Shown: in pieces, positions 63,201-64,000 of the stretch
Layout: the number at the start of each line of letters is the position of its first letter
Numbering within the stretch: the first letter of the stretch is position 1
DNA from: an uncultured Verrucomicrobiae bacterium
GTDB taxonomy: Bacteria > Verrucomicrobiota > Verrucomicrobiia > Limisphaerales > JAFGQR01
Assembly: GCA_963788655.1 (NCBI GenBank)
Contig: CAWBHS010000088.1
Location: forward strand, 160,001-224,000
DNA: 64,000 nt
Direction: 5' to 3'
Position numbers and translations under genes: made by a program
Notes under the pieces: model-generated
Told to the model about the DNA's origin: nothing
The model's database searches: none
Seen by the model: only the letters and a program-made list of their open reading frames with translations

Positions 63201-63707
63201 CTACGGCGTCGGCGAAACGGAGACGCTCGGCGAGGGCGAGGGCGATGGCGAGGACGTCGGTTGGAGATCGCCGAAAAGATTCGGCCACGGGAGGTCGTCC
63301 GGATACTCGCCAGGGGCATAGCCAGCGAACTCGGCGTCAGTGTCCAAGTGGACGACGTCGAGGCAGTACGTATCGACAAGACCGTGGGTCAAACCCTGGG
63401 CGAGGTCGTCGTATCGCGCCATCAGACGGGCGGCTTCATCGGCGTCGGGCACGTCGGCGATGTACGCGAGGATCTCGTCCTTGCGCTCGTCGAAACACTC
63501 CTGGGCGTCGGCGATTGCTATCTCTTTCCAGTGATTGAGTTCATAGAACCTGATCCACAGCAAGAAGATCACCACGAGGCCGAAGAAGACGGCCGAGAAA
63601 ATCACACGAGGCTTCAGCGTGTCCATCTTCCACTCGAACCAGAACCGGTTCCACGCCTCAACCTTGCCCAGGAAGGTGTTCGTATCCCGCTGCTGCCCTC
63701 GGACCAC
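63201..63707 (-). CDS. Hypothetical membrane protein with Ser/Pro tail
   Basis: One TM helix; AGAGGA RBS before GTG; SPSPSPSP C-terminus. Confidence 0.6.
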   Translation of the reverse strand: MVRGQQRDTNTFLGKVEAWNRFWFEWKMDTLKPRVIFSAVFFGLVVIFLLWIRFYELNHWKEIAIADAQECFDERKDEILAYIADVPDADEAARLMARYDDLAQGLTHGLVDTYCLDVVHLDTDAEFAGYAPGEYPDDLPWPNLFGDLQPTSSPSPSPSPSVSVSPTP

Positions 63708-63806
63708 GCTGGTGTCCTCTTCCTGTGCTGGTCAAACCGGGCCCACGGCTCGGCCCCTCTACTATGGAGGAACCGCCCGCCCGCCGCACCGGGTAGCGTC
63801 ATCCGC

Positions 63807-64000
63807 ATGGCGAAGCGCGAAGACGAAGGAATCCTCGAGGGCCAGTGGGACGACCTCAACCGGGCCTTCTACCGGACCGGGAGCGGACCGCACGCGTACA
63901 TTCGGGCCCGACTCGCGACGCTTCGCAGCATGGTCAACCGGGACGTGCGAACCGTCGAGTCCGTCAACCTCCTTCACCACGCGGCCGAGGCCCTCGTCCG
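63807..64000 (+). CDS. Hypothetical protein (3' partial)
   Basis: Open frame MAKREDEGILEGQWDDLNRAFYR...LLHHAAEALV to the window end. Confidence 0.45.
   Translation, partial: MAKREDEGILEGQWDDLNRAFYRTGSGPHAYIRARLATLRSMVNRDVRTVESVNLLHHAAEALV

Noticed and set aside
1..64000. CRISPR array, tRNA or rRNA
   Set aside because: No regularly spaced direct repeats and no tRNA or rRNA signatures recognised by eye; a covariance-model scan would be needed to exclude them fully.
59957..64000. Genomic island or prophage
   Set aside because: No integrase, att-like repeats or phage genes; truncated flanks and the adapter-like scar favour an artefact.

Overview
Positions 1 to about 59,957 look like one chromosomal segment. 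Its gene content and style (signal-peptide Ig/HYR proteins, an HzsA-like protein, a GFTLVE prepilin, several families of palindromic repeats) suggest a PVC-superphylum bacterium, most likely Verrucomicrobiota; this is inference. It carries glpK/glpD, a luxE-luxC-queD string, sugar-metabolism genes, secreted proteins, gltBD, a trehalose/stress cluster and lysC. The most notable locus is lexA followed by a single 1598-aa ORF fusing an apparently active Y-family DinB polymerase to a C-family DnaE (DnaE2-like) polymerase. That ORF carries three in-frame repeat insertions, and further palindromic elements flank lexA. Many genes have 1-bp frameshifts, densest in gltBD, consistent with long-read indel errors. 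Near 59,957-60,002 the sequence switches abruptly to an Actinomycetota-like segment that becomes visibly more GC-rich. The ORFs on both sides look truncated and an adapter-like scar lies between them, so the junction is probably chimeric. No rRNA, tRNA or CRISPR array was recognised.
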